A stretch of DNA of 56,152 nt, filler included, from Sphacelaria rigidula (GCA_964200075.2; 7 parts of 7 records of this genome joined end to end with filler, not necessarily neighbours in it), one strand, 5' to 3'; numbered from the whole stretch's first letter, positions 1 to 14,039 are shown. Translations and numbers: made by a program. Notes: a model not told the origin generated them from the letters alone.

Positions 1-2282
1 CTGTGTTTCATCCTCAACAAAAAGTACCATCCTCAACATGGATGATTCGCTGTTTTTTGGCCCGATTTCAATCGGGCCAAAAGAGGATTTATCTCGGACA
101 GAAGGAGAAGCTACTCAAAAAAATACATGTATACAGATTTTATACCAAAATAATTCGGATTTTTCGAAATTGGGAAGGTCTCTCCACAGGGTTGCTTTCA
201 GGGTTTTGACAAAAACGCTATGCAAAATGCTATTACAGGTACCGGGGTTTGCAAATGCTGAACAGGGGTTTTCACAAAGACTGTGGAGAACCCTGTGCAG
301 CTCGTCCTACAGGGTGCTATTTGTCCACGTGTGATCGTTGACACATCCCGACCCACCTCCCGTTACTTGTTTCTCCCTACCGACATGACACAATTTGGTG
401 ACCGCTTACACGGCCTGCAACTACACAACCCCACGCTAGTCTAGCTATCGGTTTGGTGTTTTTTCTCGATCGAATCAATTCTGTGGTACAGAATGGAATT
501 ATTATGTTTTTGAGTCTGTAGCGGTCATGATGCTTACTGTTGTCTTCACATTGGAAAGAGTTTTGATATCCGCTCAGTACTCTGTTGTTGGCATCTGATG
601 CGGACGCATTTCGTGGTCACAGGCTAACTACCCAAAATAAGGTATTAAGAAAAACTAAAAAGGACCCTGAACAATTCACACAACAGATGCGACGAAATAA
701 AATGACGAATACAAGTATGACGAAAAAATACCGCCAACATGAATTCCGCTGTCGCAGACGATTATTCAGTCTACTTGAGCCAGGGTCCAGATGTCCACTC
801 AACACGTGAGGCCAAACAGAGGAATGGAGCCAAACTCTGGAACCAAGATCACCAACCATGGCAAGAATGATCACAGGGATCAATCCTGGTACCTCCGGGG
901 GACGGCCATATATACGAATATACTAGGAATAAAGGAAGCGCCACATAGCAACACAACAGCACGCCACCTCGGGGGAAGGCTACCGCCGGAAACTCGTGCT
1001 TCCATAGTAGAAGTACAAGTTTAAACACGGAATTGAAAAAGATGTGTTGACTCTTCAACTTACCACGACTTGTCACGGTTTCTGTTGAATCCGAAGCTCA
1101 AGCAATGGAGGGACATGAGCACCCGCAACGAGTCCCGAAAAACCATATGGCCAATTTCGGAGTGCTGCTACGGTACGGATGAGCAAATATACCTGGGGCT
1201 CGACTTGTTAGCAGCCCGTATCTCATCCGCAACACGACTTACGAAATATATGAAATCACGCCACGATCAGCATTCCAACGGACTAGGGATATCCCGACTG
1301 AATTTGAAAACGGGAATTGTTCTGATCCATAATCTCGTGGAGCTCCTGAATGAAAGATTTGGGCCCGAATATGCTGCCTCTACTGTAGCCCGACTCTTTT
1401 AACGAGTTACGAGCTCACCGGTTGTTGGGGGCCGTGCGAGTGTACAGCCCTCGGTATTCGCTCTTTGATATCTTCGCTGGACCGAACCCATCCCGATCAT
1501 TGTAGTGAACGATGACATGGACCATAGCTTTCTTTGTCTCGACATCGATTGCGCTACAGCCAAAAAAAGGTGTTTTGGGATCATATACGATCAAATACCC
1601 CCCTCGACAATCGGGGTTTTCGTCCATATTTCGCCGACAACACTAAATCGGGAAATGTATCCTGAGCATGACCTGCTCCTTCAACAAAGGCATACCAAGT
1701 CTCGAATTCTGCTAAAAAAACGACTGAGTGAATACCGTACATATGAAACCTTGGACAAACTGTAGACAAGATACGGCCGATGACCTCGATATTAGACGGA
1801 GGTTGACTTCGTCTTGGTCGGAACACCACACAAACAAAATCCTTGAAAACCACCTGCTTCTTGTGCAAATATCCACAAATGCTAGCACGTTCGAGTGGTG
1901 AAATTAACGCAGGCTGAACAAAGTATCCAATCCAGTGATTCCCGACTCAGACACCGTTCTGTATAACTCATTCCGTCTGTCAAAGCAACGTTTTTAACCG
2001 GTATCTGTTGGGCCAACGAATATGTATAAAAAATAGATCAAACCGAGAAATCTTTAGTGACCGTATGAAAATCGTGAAATGAACCGGGAGGCGATGGACA
2101 CTCGCCAACGCCAGGAGACAATTCAACCCGTGACAAAGGTGTTAGTGGTATACAAGATGCCTCAACACATCATCAGCACAGCTAACACCCCACTAGCCCT
2201 CCTAAGAATCACCAAAATGATCGCGCACCCAAAGCAGACATATGCCACTGAAAGAGCATGGAGCCAATGCCGCAGGTACTCA

Positions 2283-2486
2283 TCACGTTTTTCTGAATCG
2301 GGTCACGTTTTTTTTCCTAACCCAGGCCCAGTGCACCCCTTCGCCATGCTTGTCGACAAACTCCATACTCTCTTCGAAGCTGGTGAATGGCGTGTCTCCC
2401 TTCGTCTTCACCCCATCGATTTCGAAGCGGTTGATCACCTCCTTGAGCCGCTCATACTGAAACCCGTCAAGTGGAGCAAGCCCCGG
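2283..2486 (-). CDS. ROCO (ROC-COR) gene, terminal exon
   Basis: Not in the ORF track; translated by hand. Acceptor ...catcgttag| is followed by PGLAPLDGFQYERLKEVINRFEIDGVKTKGDTPFTSFEESMEFVDKHGEGVHWAWVRKKNVTRFRKT* (204 bp, phase 0). The G-x-x-Y-E-x-L...M-x-x-V...WAWV ending is what I recall for brown-algal ROCO C-termini. Confidence 0.75.
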   Translation of the reverse strand, partial: PGLAPLDGFQYERLKEVINRFEIDGVKTKGDTPFTSFEESMEFVDKHGEGVHWAWVRKKNVTRFRKT

Positions 2487-3867
2487 CTAACGATGTGCGG
2501 CAACGCCGGGAAAAGGAAGCGCAAGGGCAATACGGAGCCAACACAGCTGCGGGTTAGATGAAAGCGCAGACAATAAGAAATTCAGCAACCATTCCTACCT
2601 GTGGTAATTGGTACCTGCCTCTGGGAGAGAACGCCATGCTACACTCCTTCTCGGCATGTTGTGATGGGCAACTCCATTCATGAACCAATAACACTGTCCA
2701 AATAGCGCTGTTTACGAAACTCGTACTGCGTTCCAATAATGTCTGCATTTTCAGGGCAGCGAAGAAATTGGACAACGCGAGTGTTTATCCTTTTCTCTGG
2801 CTCAGGGTAACCGAAAGGGAGACACGTCATTTCAAGCCATACACATCGAGATACACGGGAAATTGAGATTTCGAGTACTTCCCGCACAGATCAACACCAC
2901 CGCGTATTTCATCGTGTGCTGGTCCTCAGCAGCGCGAGCGGTTCCACGCGGTTCTCCTCGTACGGTATTTCAACATCAGCCTACACGTGCTTCTACGGAT
3001 ACCCTATTATGTCGACTTGTTTCGTTCAGGCAAACGACACACAAGTTGCCCTCAAAGACTGTGGACGTGGTTGATACGGATTCAAGGGGCGGGCGTCTTG
3101 CCGCCATAGGTTGATGAATTGTTGCATATCAAGTGGTGTCTCGGGGATCCAGTCGTGGTGACAAAATAGACGTACAGAAGGCAAACAATACGGAAACACT
3201 AACGGATGCAAAAGTAATATGTGGAGAAGAAAACAAAACGCTAAATAAAAGGCACGACAAAGCACAAGTAGGAATACAGCCGGTCTTGATGAATTATGTA
3301 ACTAAGTGAATCGAAGGATGGCCGGCCCCTGCAGCTTGGGCTATACTTGTACCTCGCCTTTTCGATCATCTCTACAGAAGTTGGGTAAATTTTTCACTGA
3401 GGTCGTAGGTAGTACTCGTGTCAGTATTAAGCCTACGTCTATCCTCGCTCATGATAGCAAGTAGATCACATGTACGTATGTGTATCCATGTGCTGCATGT
3501 TTGCCTTTCAACTACTCGCAGCTCGTATCAAAGTAATACTGGAATTACATGTATGTTCTGAACGGTAGTAGTTGCCAGGTCAATCCTTGAGTGCTGGCTA
3601 TAACTCCAGTGTTTCCCTTAAATATGCTACTTCACACTTCAAGAGCAGCCATCTATATAACAAGGACTATGGACTGTACAAGATAGCACGAGGAGCGCAA
3701 CGTGAAAGGCTTCATCGCACGTGCCAGAATATGGCCCACTCGTCCCGAACATGATGCGTCCCGGGCTACAACGATTACGTCTGGACTTCAGCGAGTTATT
3801 ACGGGGGTATGGCCAGTTGTGAACTTGAAACATGTGCATTGCCCGCCTCAGACCGAAGTACGTCCAC

Positions 3868-4386
3868 CTTTGGCGCCTCGCTCAAGTGCTCCAGCCGCTG
3901 TTCGTCGGCGCCATTGTCCAGACCACCCCTCGCAACGGTTGTGATCTCATTCACAGCGGCAGTCCCTGATTCCTTGACAATACCCAATATCGGGCCTCCT
4001 AACGAATCTCCGAAGGCAGCGTCGATTTCTTCCATAGGGATGGACAAACCCGTGCAAACCTTGAGGGTAATACCCGCGAGGGCGAGGGCCACCTTTGCAA
4101 GTGGCAGTGCCTTCGCCGCCCACTCCCTCAGCTGCTTCACCTTGTATCCCTGACCGTTGGGTCCGCACTCGGTGAGGCTGTAGTCATGAGCACAAACAAA
4201 AAACAGACGCAGTTTCCGGCTGATATGTCCCCTACCGGCCTTCTTACCGTCGCGGCACCAAGCCCGCAGCCGATTAGACCACCTCGGATAGCTTCTGTCT
4301 CCATCGTTGAGAGTTCCGTCATGGTTCGGCAGCAGACACGCCAAGCGAGGGACGGGCCACCTCACGCATGCTATGTCCAGCTGAAG
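3868..4386 (-). CDS. ROCO gene, C-terminal-domain exon
   Basis: Lies within ORF 3799..4560. Pyrimidine-rich acceptor ttcttttt..cctctcag|. Encodes WPVPRL...LRLFFVCAHDYSLTECGPNGQGYKVKQLREWAAKALP. Donor AAG|GTGGAC (an alternative GC donor would end the exon at 3847). Phase 0/0. Confidence 0.75.
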
Positions 4387-5389
4387 CTGAGAGGTGGAAC
4401 GAAAAAGAAGACCAAATAGCGTTTCATGTTGAGGGGTACCTTTGGTCGTTTCCAACATACGTAGTCTATGCATCGCCGATAAAATAGCAAGGCGACTCAC
4501 AATCGATGAGGGTGAATATGACGGACCAACCAGAGCAACCGACAGTGAAATATGTGGCATGACCCGACCACAACGGCTCTTTTTAAATACGGAAACGTTT
4601 GACGCAATCGAACCCTAGCCGGGTTCAGGTCCAACATGGCCGACTTCGAAACTGCGCGCTGATTGAAAGTCAGATATCGTTCCACCGCCAACTTACTTTG
4701 GTGCCACGCACAATCGAATCGGCACGTGTGATACTGGGTCACATGCAACCCTCTCAGTATAATACAGGGCAGGAGGGTGGCTACGACCTTATTTGTTCAA
4801 ATGTCGACTGCAGGTGCAACGCACTGAGCATGACACCGGCGAGCATGTATTTGTGGAATACAATCGGAGAACATCATTGCTCTACTGTTTGACGTTAGAG
4901 TACTTTGAATCCGCAAGTGCTTTCACCTCCATCCACCTCCGTATACTACTTGTACTCCGAGGGAGGTGAACAGAACAACATGGACCGACGTGGCCACCTA
5001 CTTGCAGCAGATCACACTCCATCTTTCGTCGACGAAACAATACAAGATAAACATGCACACTCGCCTTCTGGACAGCGAGAGAGAAAACAATTCGGGAAGA
5101 AGCCGTACGCATCAACTACCAACTCCGAACGGCATCTTCCGTGTGCAGCTGACTCGGTAATGGATCACGCGACGCAGAATGTTCAGCTCACAAATCCACA
5201 GAAGGACAAGTACACGGAGGCTCAAAAGAGGAACTCCCGACCACAGTGCGCGTCACATTCAAACTATATCGAGTTCACACACCACTCGTAGCGTCGCAAC
5301 CTGCTCCTCCAAACCGAGAGAATTGAAACTATGCAACAGGTCGGAAACATCGACAACATTACTGTAGGTACATGCCGTGTATTGTATAC

Positions 5390-6241
5390 CTGGTCCGTTC
5401 GACGTTCCAGATGCGCCTGCAGGCTATCCAACATATCCTTCCACGCTTCGGTACCCCCCATGAATTGGGGGTCGCCGGAATCATCAAACGATAGACCCGG
5501 GTACCTGTCCAACAGCAGCTTGCTCAGCGCCTCCATGGCATCGTAGCCGTCTTCGAATACAGCCTTTTGCGTGCTACCTGCGATGCTAATCTCTACTCGC
5601 GCCGTAGTCTCTGCCGTAGGTTCGTGGAGACAAACCAGATGCTCTGTGCCGTTCATGTTGAAAGCTGCACCTCGGCTCCAACATGCGCGGAACAGAATAC
5701 GACTGCTCCTACAGAAGCTCCCGAGCAACTGGGCGATGATTCCAGCGGGGATGTATTTGGCATGAACCTCGGTCACGAACCGCATCCTGACACCGGTAGA
5801 TACTGTTTTCTCGATCTCTGCAAGAGTGTCAGCATCCACTGCACTCGGTAGGCGGGCTGGGACCAGTAGCTCCTTCTCCCCACCACGGCTAGGATCACAT
5901 GTGAACATAGCACCATATCTTGACATTGTCTCGATCATCCGGCTGAACACTGTCGGGCAGCCAAGGCCTGGAACCTCACGCCACACAAAGTGTAAATACT
6001 CTTCCGTGAGCCGGCCCGTCCTGGTAAAGTTCTTGTGGAGTCTCGTGAGCTTCGAGGGATGGGTACCACAACTCCTACAGTAATATCCCAGCTGCGTTCT
6101 CCATTCCTCCTCTTGTTGCTTGTCTGCTAGGCGATGATCTAGGAGCGCTCGCAGGAGTTGATTGATCCACGAGGGGTCGAAATGAACAAGGTCACAGACC
6201 ATCAACAGCGTGCCTCCCGTTTGGCGCATCTTGAGGGCGTC
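5390..6241 (-). CDS. ROCO gene, COR-domain exon
   Basis: Acceptor ggcag|GAC, donor CAG|GTATAC, 852 bp, phase 0/0. COR-like motifs VHFDPSWINQLLRALLDH, LLVPARLP and YIPAGIIAQLL...CWSRGA. Confidence 0.85.
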
Positions 6242-6510
6242 CTGCCGAGACGACCGGGACGCGCAGACAGCACGGTATCAGCAGAGTTGGCTACCGAACG
6301 TTGCGGGCTACCAAGCAACCGATATGACGATGTACATGGGCAAGGTCGTCGACGATAACTTCATCACAAGGACTCTCGAAAAATGCGTTGCTACTTTCAC
6401 TCTAGCGCGGCAACACACGTGCGTAGGCGACGCGTCTACTCGAGAAATGGTCGAGTAAGTGGCGATTTGTCTAGCCCAAACATGGTAACGCTCGTCATGT
6501 GCTCGTTCAC

Positions 6511-7206
6511 CTGAAGAACTTTCTCCTGGTCACGAGGTGTCTCGCCGACCTCCGCCGTCAGTTCAAGGGCGCTCACCACTCTCGACCACTCTTCCATCAT
6601 CACTTCCCATGTGACAAAGCTGTGTTTTTCCCGTGGTTCAATTGAGACCACTGGCTGGCCGATTGAAGTCGCCGCCGTAAGAGGCTCACCACCCACGTGC
6701 ATGGCCTCCGCCACTGACCACACCCTTTTCCAGGACACCGGTACCGTCTGACCGACGTTAGGGAAAAGCCGCCTACCATCCAAATCTGTACCGCTTTTCC
6801 CAGCTAGTCTGCAGATCTCATCCCGAATACGGTAGAGGCCATTTGCGACAAGACCGGAAGCCTCCACTATGTCACAAATCGTAACGGACGGTGACGTTTG
6901 TGTCGGACGGCCACGCTCCTGTTTGGCCCGTCGTATGATGGCTGCGGCAAGCTCCCACTCTTGACGTTTGCGCTCCAAGTGGTCTTCTATGTCAGATTCT
7001 AGATCTCTCAAAGCAGCCGCGACGAGCCCCCGGTCCTCGCTGAAACGGTCCGTGTGGGTAGCGACGACCAAGACTGCACACCCAGGTAACCGACACAACA
7101 GGGCATCCAACCAGATGTACACGATATCTCCCCGACAAGAAGGATCGCGGTAAAACTTGTCGAGGTCCACGACGAGAATTTGTAGCGCCCCCTCAGTCAA
7201 GAAAAG
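6511..7206 (-). CDS. ROCO gene, exon encoding the C-terminal half of the ROC GTPase and the start of COR (5' exons absent from contig)
   Basis: Acceptor aaccag|CTT, donor CAG|GTGAAC, 696 bp. LFLTEGALQILVVDL...WLDALLCRLPGCAVLVVATHTD (ROC G4, THxD), then FPNVGQTVPVSW at the ROC-COR boundary. Confidence 0.85.
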
Positions 7207-7875
7207 CTGGTTGTAACGGTAAGTGTAATAGCGGGGTATAAGGGAAACAAAACATGTGATCATCAAACGTTTCACATACCTTGCGCATGTCAATTGTATG
7301 AAACAGCAAGAACGACGCTTAAGCCAACTGTATGCTACTGGGAACTCGAGCGTGTCTCAAGACCTACAAGTAATCACGTAGGCGACACGAGAAGTCAATC
7401 CACACCACACATGCCACGGGTCCATCACTAGTACCATTTCCTCGAGGAGGGGCGGGGAGCAGTGCGGGCGTTACGTCGGGTTGACTGTACTCCAGGAAAA
7501 CACCTATTTCCGAAAAAATAATGAAAACTTCGTAGGAGCCTTTAACGAGTCAATTCTAATTGTCAAATCTGAACGCTCGAACTCTTGAAACTAGGGCAAG
7601 ATAATCAGCTCTAATGACTCGCGGTAAGATGAACCCTCAATTACAGGTATGTCAGCAGAATCATCGAAGGCTCCTGTTTTTTTTTCGTGTTTCGGAGAAA
7701 CGCCACAAACAGTCGTTTTCAAACATCCATCGCGCTGCTCCTTCCAAATGCTGATGTCCTGGCTCGCAGAAATATAACAAGAAATCCAACCCTCATGTCA
7801 AACGGGGTGACTTGGAATTTGTGGCCGACCTTGCAGCAAAATGTTCCCAATACCTTGCGGTTCGCATTGGGGTTG

Positions 7876-7908
<33 letters not shown>

Positions 7909-7937
7909 AGCGCCACCACAGCGCACCCAACCCAACA

Positions 7938-8037
7938 NNNNNNNNNNNNNNNNNNNNNNNNNNNNNNNNNNNNNNNNNNNNTTAATTAATTAANNNNNNN
8001 NNNNNNNNNNNNNNNNNNNNNNNNNNNNNNNNNNNNN
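7938..8037. other. Artificial contig spacer N44-TTAATTAATTAA-N44
   Basis: Exactly 100 bp with stop codons in all six frames; identical at all six gaps. Confidence 0.97.
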
Positions 8038-8099
8038 GATGAGAACCCGGAGGATTAAAATCTTCGTATCCACACTAAATCTTCGAAATATGGTTTCAT

Positions 8100-8215
8100 T
8101 TTGTGAATCGGCATCATTTTGAGTTGAAAAAAAATGAAAATAATGCCCATTCACGAAAAGGCCCCTGCGTGCAAAAAACACCATGTTTCCGGGAGTCCGG
8201 TCCCCAATGGGTTGG
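8100..8215. repeat. End of a piggyBac-like MITE family element
   Basis: TTGTGAATCGGCATCATTTT...GGGAGTCCGGTCCCCAATGGG; shares sequence with 16150-16182, 24450-24490 and the complete MITE at 38294-38412. Confidence 0.5.
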
Positions 8216-9131
8216 GGCTTCACAGCAAGCCCCAGATAACCGTGATCCTACGAAGACGAAATCAGAGAACCAAAACGTGCCACCCCTACCGCAGCATCGC
8301 CCTTGGGGTTTTCGTCCCGTCGTCGGGTTTCCCCCAGTTGGATGTTTGAGTTGGGGTTTTCGTCCTGTCCCCGGGTTTCCCCTAGTTTGAGGCGTTATCC
8401 TGTCCGCTCCTGGTCAGGGCACAGGCTCTCCACGTTTCTTCCGGGATGGTCATTTTTTCCCGCTTCGCGGGTTTTAACCCATCCAGAGTTTTATCGCTTT
8501 CGTTTTTGAGTAATGACGGTACATCGATCCGTGAGGATCACTTAAAAGAGTAGGAGGGGCTGTCACGAACCGATCCAGGAATCGTTCCCGGTGCTGAGGC
8601 AGCGTTGCGCTTTCCTCCATCTGCTAGGATTAGCCATGTTTCATGTTCCAGTGATGTATCGGGTCGTAAACATCGGGTCGCAAAAACCGAGTTGCACAAA
8701 ACCGGTGAGTCGAATATTTACCCGGAGTAGAAACCAAATTCACTTCGTGAAATTGGAACACCAACATAATAACCACGGAGGATCTCTACACCAACGCCAC
8801 GAGCGAGGGTGTTTGTGCGTGATTGGTCGGGCTTCAAAAACTATCCAGGCTGCATACACCTTCACGCCGCTGATATGATCTGCGCTGATACCTTTATCTT
8901 CAAGTGATTCTAACCCTTCGACGGTGATGGTTGGCGATTTGGTTCTCATGTTCACTGGTCAAGTGAAGATGATGCCGACTGAGCAGACGACCCGTTTTGG
9001 CGGTCATATGTAAATTTACACGCGGATATATCTATCCCCCACGAACCGGATTAACACAAAAAGCAAGTCAGACCAGCAACCCCTACCACGTGGTGGACTT
9101 AAGGACGCGAACCGTCGTTTTCCGTGAACTG

Positions 9132-9326
9132 AAAGCCTCCTGGGCGAGGTGCTCTGGACAGGGGGGGATGTATATTAATCTTGTATTAACGTCTTATACT
9201 CTGATATCCTTGACTCATCGAACATAGACCATGCAAGCTCCACGATCTGCCACCAAACACCAAATATGCAGAATGGGTAAACTACGAAGTGAGGCAGTGC
9301 GGGCGTGCAAAGTGCATCGCCTTCTT
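9132..9326 (+). mobile_element. LTR retrotransposon 3' end remnant (polypurine tract + start of 3' LTR)
   Basis: GGACAGGGGGGGA is followed immediately by TG at 9169. About 190 bp are homologous to 15561-15757. Confidence 0.6.
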
Positions 9327-10286
9327 TTGGCGTATCGAGTCATATCACAATATCGACCTCATGATTGGTCCATCATCTCTCCGCTCCGCAAATCTAGTAC
9401 ACAGTCAACCTGCTCTGGAATGTACTCGAATCAATCGTAGTTCACATACACAAAGACTTGGGTCGGCGATATTCTAATAACCTCCCATGCTGAAGCTTAC
9501 TCCTTGTCATCACAGTAGAAAACATCTTAGCTCCCTTCCCATTAAATCAAACAATGCCCATAACGCAGTTACCGTGAAGCTCAAACGACTGGCAATGAAC
9601 AAATCCAAACTTGCCACAAAAGTGGTACCTTCTATATTATATGCCCCCCTAATCCTATATCACTTTCCCATTTGCGGGAGTGTAATCCAACACAAACGTA
9701 TACCCCGAAATCCAATTTCAATAAATCAAATCAACCGAGAAGAACCCGTCATGTATCATGATCCATCACAGGGTTCATGCCATCAAATCCACCGACCCCT
9801 TGACATCTTTCGTGACTATAGCCCTTTGCCGGACACACTTGGATTCATGTCGAAAATCAAACTCAGACGAAGGAAATACTTCAAAATACGTTGGCATCTC
9901 GGTGATACCAAAACCCGAGACTGATACAGTCGAACTCGAATGGTAAGCCTGTTGTGTTCACACGGTTTTGGTGCGCACCAGCTATTCTTATGCATAATAA
10001 TCCCCAACAAATCCCAAAAACCCTGGTGACGCATGCCAATATTCGACTACTGCAAGTCTGATACCTATCAATCAAATCACTGCAGTCAGACAGTAGTCGC
10101 ATAAATGTGCCTTCATTTAAAACCGAATGGTCCAAAGCCTTATTCAGAATCGAAATGATGCAAAGCATGAATCTACTAGCAAGCTGGAGTCATCCACAGT
10201 AAACACTTGAGATGGCCACATTCGGAGTATACTACCCTCCAAACTCTATCTCTGACCTCTGTATTACTCCAGGCCCACGCGTCCCT

Positions 10287-10421
10287 CTGCTCCATTCGAC
10301 CGGCACCGCCCCACTGCTCCATTCCACCGTCATGGCCCTCCTGCTCGATTCCACCGGCACTACCCCCCCTCTCCATTACACCGGCGCTGCCTCCCTGCCC
10401 CATTCCAGCGGCACCGACGAC
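10287..10421. repeat. 27-bp tandem repeat x5
   Basis: Units of the form CTGCTCCATTCCACCGGCAC... start at 10287, 10314, 10341, 10368 and 10395. Confidence 0.85.
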
Positions 10422-13400
10422 ACCACGCGTGAAAAGATATTGCCGACTGAGTCGGTCGTAGCGGCAGTGGTGTCGTCGGCGGCGATACCGACAAATCGTC
10501 AGAATCTTTGATGGAGCGGCGTTGCCGGCGGTTGCTGCGGTGATATCGGAGACGATGTCATTGAAGTAGGCAATAGTTGCGTCGGACTCGGAGTTGTCGG
10601 GGACGGCTGCGGTGATGCAATGGGAAACGAGCGTAGCGGCGGCACAGCAGTAGTACAAATATGTGGGTGAGTCATAATAGGGGGGGGGTATTTGATTGCC
10701 CGAAGAAGCTTAAAAGGGTGTCAGACGACCTGCCACACTCGCGGTGCGCTTGTACTTGGTTCAAAACGGTGTCAATCGGTATGAATTAGCATTATAAATG
10801 TAAAACACGCTCGTTCGAGCAATCGTTGCTCCTTGCAACGACGATTTGACTCGGAATTTCGTGCAAGAAGTGGCCCAAAATACCCCTGCGCCTATCGTAG
10901 GATAATTCGGGTGTTGCGGCGCGACGGCGGAAAGAAATGGCGGTGGCGGCGGCACAGCAGTAGAAGGAATATATGGATGTTACGGCGCGGCGGCGGATGG
11001 AAAGGATGGTGGCGACGGTGCAGCAGCAGTAAGAAAATGTGGGTGTCTCTCATCACGTGTTGGTGACAGGGGGGTTGGTAGCGGGTCGGGTTTCACCACG
11101 TGAGTCAGCGGCTGCGGGGACGCCGGCGGGTTGGCGACGGTACTACCTTCATTACCCCCCTTCCGGTGAGCAACATCGGCGGTGGTTGCAGAACCTGCAT
11201 ACACGGAGCGGGTCGCACAAAAGGCATACCGCTTGCAGGGGAAGCGGATTGGATACCGACACTTGGGGGGTCAAGCATACCGCTTGTAGCGGAAGCGGGC
11301 TGGACAGAGACACCGAGGGGAAAAGACAGAGCGCCTTCGGCGAAGATATGACGTGAGGCAACACTGTTGGGACAGTATGAAATATCGCTTTCCTGACTGA
11401 GGGGTCCCATACAAGAATCAACTTCCTTTGTACGGGAGCGAGATGCTACAGTAGCGGCAGACGCGTCACGCACCGGTAAAGATTGTACCATAGAATCCGA
11501 GGAATCAGACTCAGCGGAAACGGGGGAAACCTCTACACCAGTAGGGAGATCAGACGCTACAGTAGAAGGGGAATCAATCTCACTCGTCGGGGAACGAGAG
11601 TCTACGGTAGTAGGGAAATCAGACTCTACCGTTGAGGACGACGAATCAGATTCCGTGAAAACAGGCCGCAACATGCGAGGAATCAGACTCAGCGGAAAAC
11701 GGTGGGAAACTCTCCAGTAGTAGGGAGATCAAAATATACAGTAACGGGCGAGGAACCTGACTCATCGATAATAGCCCGGGCAGTATTCGGTGAAGACTCT
11801 ACCGTAGAACGCGAATTAACTCCGTCACTGGGTCAGGGAAAATCAATTGTGCTCGTTGAGAAATGAGACTTTACGGGAGTAGAGGGAAAATGAGTTCCAC
11901 TACTCGATGTGGGGGTGTCAGGCGAAGAACGAACCTCTACGGACGCAGAAGAATCCTTTTCGCCATGGGGGAATAAAGGGGCTGCCGCTGTAGGCGCCAC
12001 GGAACAGCCATGTGTTGGGGAGAGACGCGTGGTCAACTGCGATGGAGATCGCAAAGTAAAGTCAAAACGTAACCTGCCATTGGACATACGCATCCCAGTC
12101 GAATTCAAATGATATCATGTCGCCTCTGCACGTGATGAAGGTAAAAAATATTAAACTTGACACCTTCTACCACGCAGACATCGGTCAACTGGACAGGAAT
12201 GTCTGTGAGGGGAGCAGGAAAATGTAAAGAAGATTTTATGTGGAATCGTAAATTCAGACTACCTAGTGCCTTGACTGGAAATGTGATCCCCTCACCCATG
12301 ATCACGTTCTTGATGTCTTGAGGAGGTGGTCGTCAATCAAAGACGTCATCCACAGCCCCTGTGTTGTGGCGTGAAGCACCCGTATCCGCAATCCATTTCT
12401 TCGCACTGTCACCCCTACTCGATCTAGTCCCACTATGTATCACGCCATACCCACACAAATCAACATATCCAATCCGAAAACGAGACTTGCCTTCTGGCAT
12501 GGCATACGCCATGAACAACTGCAGATGCTCCGGCTGTTGTGACGCATCGGCAGGAGTTGCTAAAGTCGAAGGGGGGGTGCAGCTCGGTGGTGCTGATGGG
12601 GTGAGGTGCATCGATGAGAAGGATAGTAACAAGGGTATTGCTGGTGGTGGTGCTGTTGATGGTATTGGAGAGGGGGTTGCGATTGCTGGTAGTAGGCATG
12701 ATATTGGAGTGGCTGTTGCTGGTGGTTGGCATGGTATGGAGGCGGGAGCTCTACGGAATGGGCGAATCCTGTGTTACCAAAGGTATTTCCGTCTTTTGAG
12801 ACGAAGTCGTCAGCAGTCACCTAATCCTCGGATCGCTGGACAGAATTCTAATGAGAGTGGGAGCTGCTGGAGGAGTAATCACGAGGGGGTGGCTTCCCCC
12901 GTGGTGTGGGGAACGCTGTTCCGGGCGCCTGAAATCCCGATTGCCGTGTCGGCGATCAACATTCCTCCGCACGTCACTTCGTGCATGGGAACCAACACTC
13001 CCATCATGGCATTTATTGCAGTGGCGTGAATTACATGGTGAGGATTCGTGGCGGGACTTGCGGTATCGACGCGGTGGTGATGAAGAATTTGGTTGAGAAC
13101 GATGTTTCGGGGAGTGGTTTTGACTAAATGAAGCGCGGTACCGGCGTGGGGGTGAGAAAGTAGTGGATTGTTGGTTTGAAATGTGATGCCCATGATGATC
13201 CGAGCAGCATTCGTGGCATTGATGGTGTAACTGGCAATGTGAGCGGGATGTGTATTTGTGGTTCATGTTTTGGGGATCGGAGATGTGGCTGTGGTAGTAG
13301 TGATCGTTGCCGCATACATCCGGGCTGCTTCGCCTTCTACCCCCCTCACTGTAGCGTCGTCCCACCGATGCGTCACTGTGGGAAACATCATGAGCTGCAG

Positions 13401-13515
13401 CGGCAGGAGCATGCTTTTTCGGCAATATGCCCTGCTTTTAGATAACTTCAATTCGGTGTGCGCAGTTTTGATGGTACATTCTAATGTTGCAGTGTAAATC
13501 TGACGCATCGCACAC

Positions 13516-13600
13516 TTGATTGATTGATTGATTGATTGATTGTCGCACTTTAACTGATCCTTCAGGGGTTGAGCCGTGGTCGCATGATAGACGTACCCAA
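13516..13600 (-). mobile_element. RTE-LINE 3' terminal fragment inserted in the copia gag region
   Basis: Reverse complement of GGGTACGTCTATCATG..CCACGGCT...CAGTTAAAGTGCGAC with an (AATC)n tail. Confidence 0.75.
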
Positions 13601-14039
13601 CATTAAAGAGTATGCTCACACCGAGGTTCGAACGCGAAACCTCGGCTTCATCAGAGCCGCCCTCTACCAACGGAGCTCTGCGCGCTGTGGACATTCCTCC
13701 TTCGAATCTCATACTCGGAAGACAGTCTGCGCGCGTAGTGCCTGTTGGCGTCATTTTCATATACTACAACACCATAGTGATGTTTTTCATGCCTCATCAG
13801 GTTTGCCCTGCTCAAGAAAACTAGAGGTGATCCACCCAACCCCATCTCAAGATTAGTCCATTCTTGTTCCAGGCGAGCTTTTTCAGCGGTGGGGGAAACG
13901 CTATCGTAGTGAACAAAATAATCCCATGCTTCCCTAGGTGAGATTGCTAGAATTGCCAGATGCTCCACAATCTGAGGTACTGTGATTATGTCCAAGATTA
14001 TGTCCCAAGCTCGTTGAGCCTTAACTATCGCGACATACC

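Noticed and set aside
700..1900. Short plus-strand ORFs (791..1024, 1070..1402, 1505..1765), possibly a decayed non-LTR element
   Set aside because: No diagnostic motif recognised with confidence.
4614..4658. Possible extra 45-bp ROCO exon (RAVSKSAMLDLNPAR)
   Set aside because: AG/GT-bounded and phase 0, but flanking exons join without it; needs RNA-seq.
7982..7993. TTAATTAATTAA palindrome recurring about every 8 kb as a possible biological repeat
   Set aside because: Always embedded in N runs of fixed length; it is an assembly linker.
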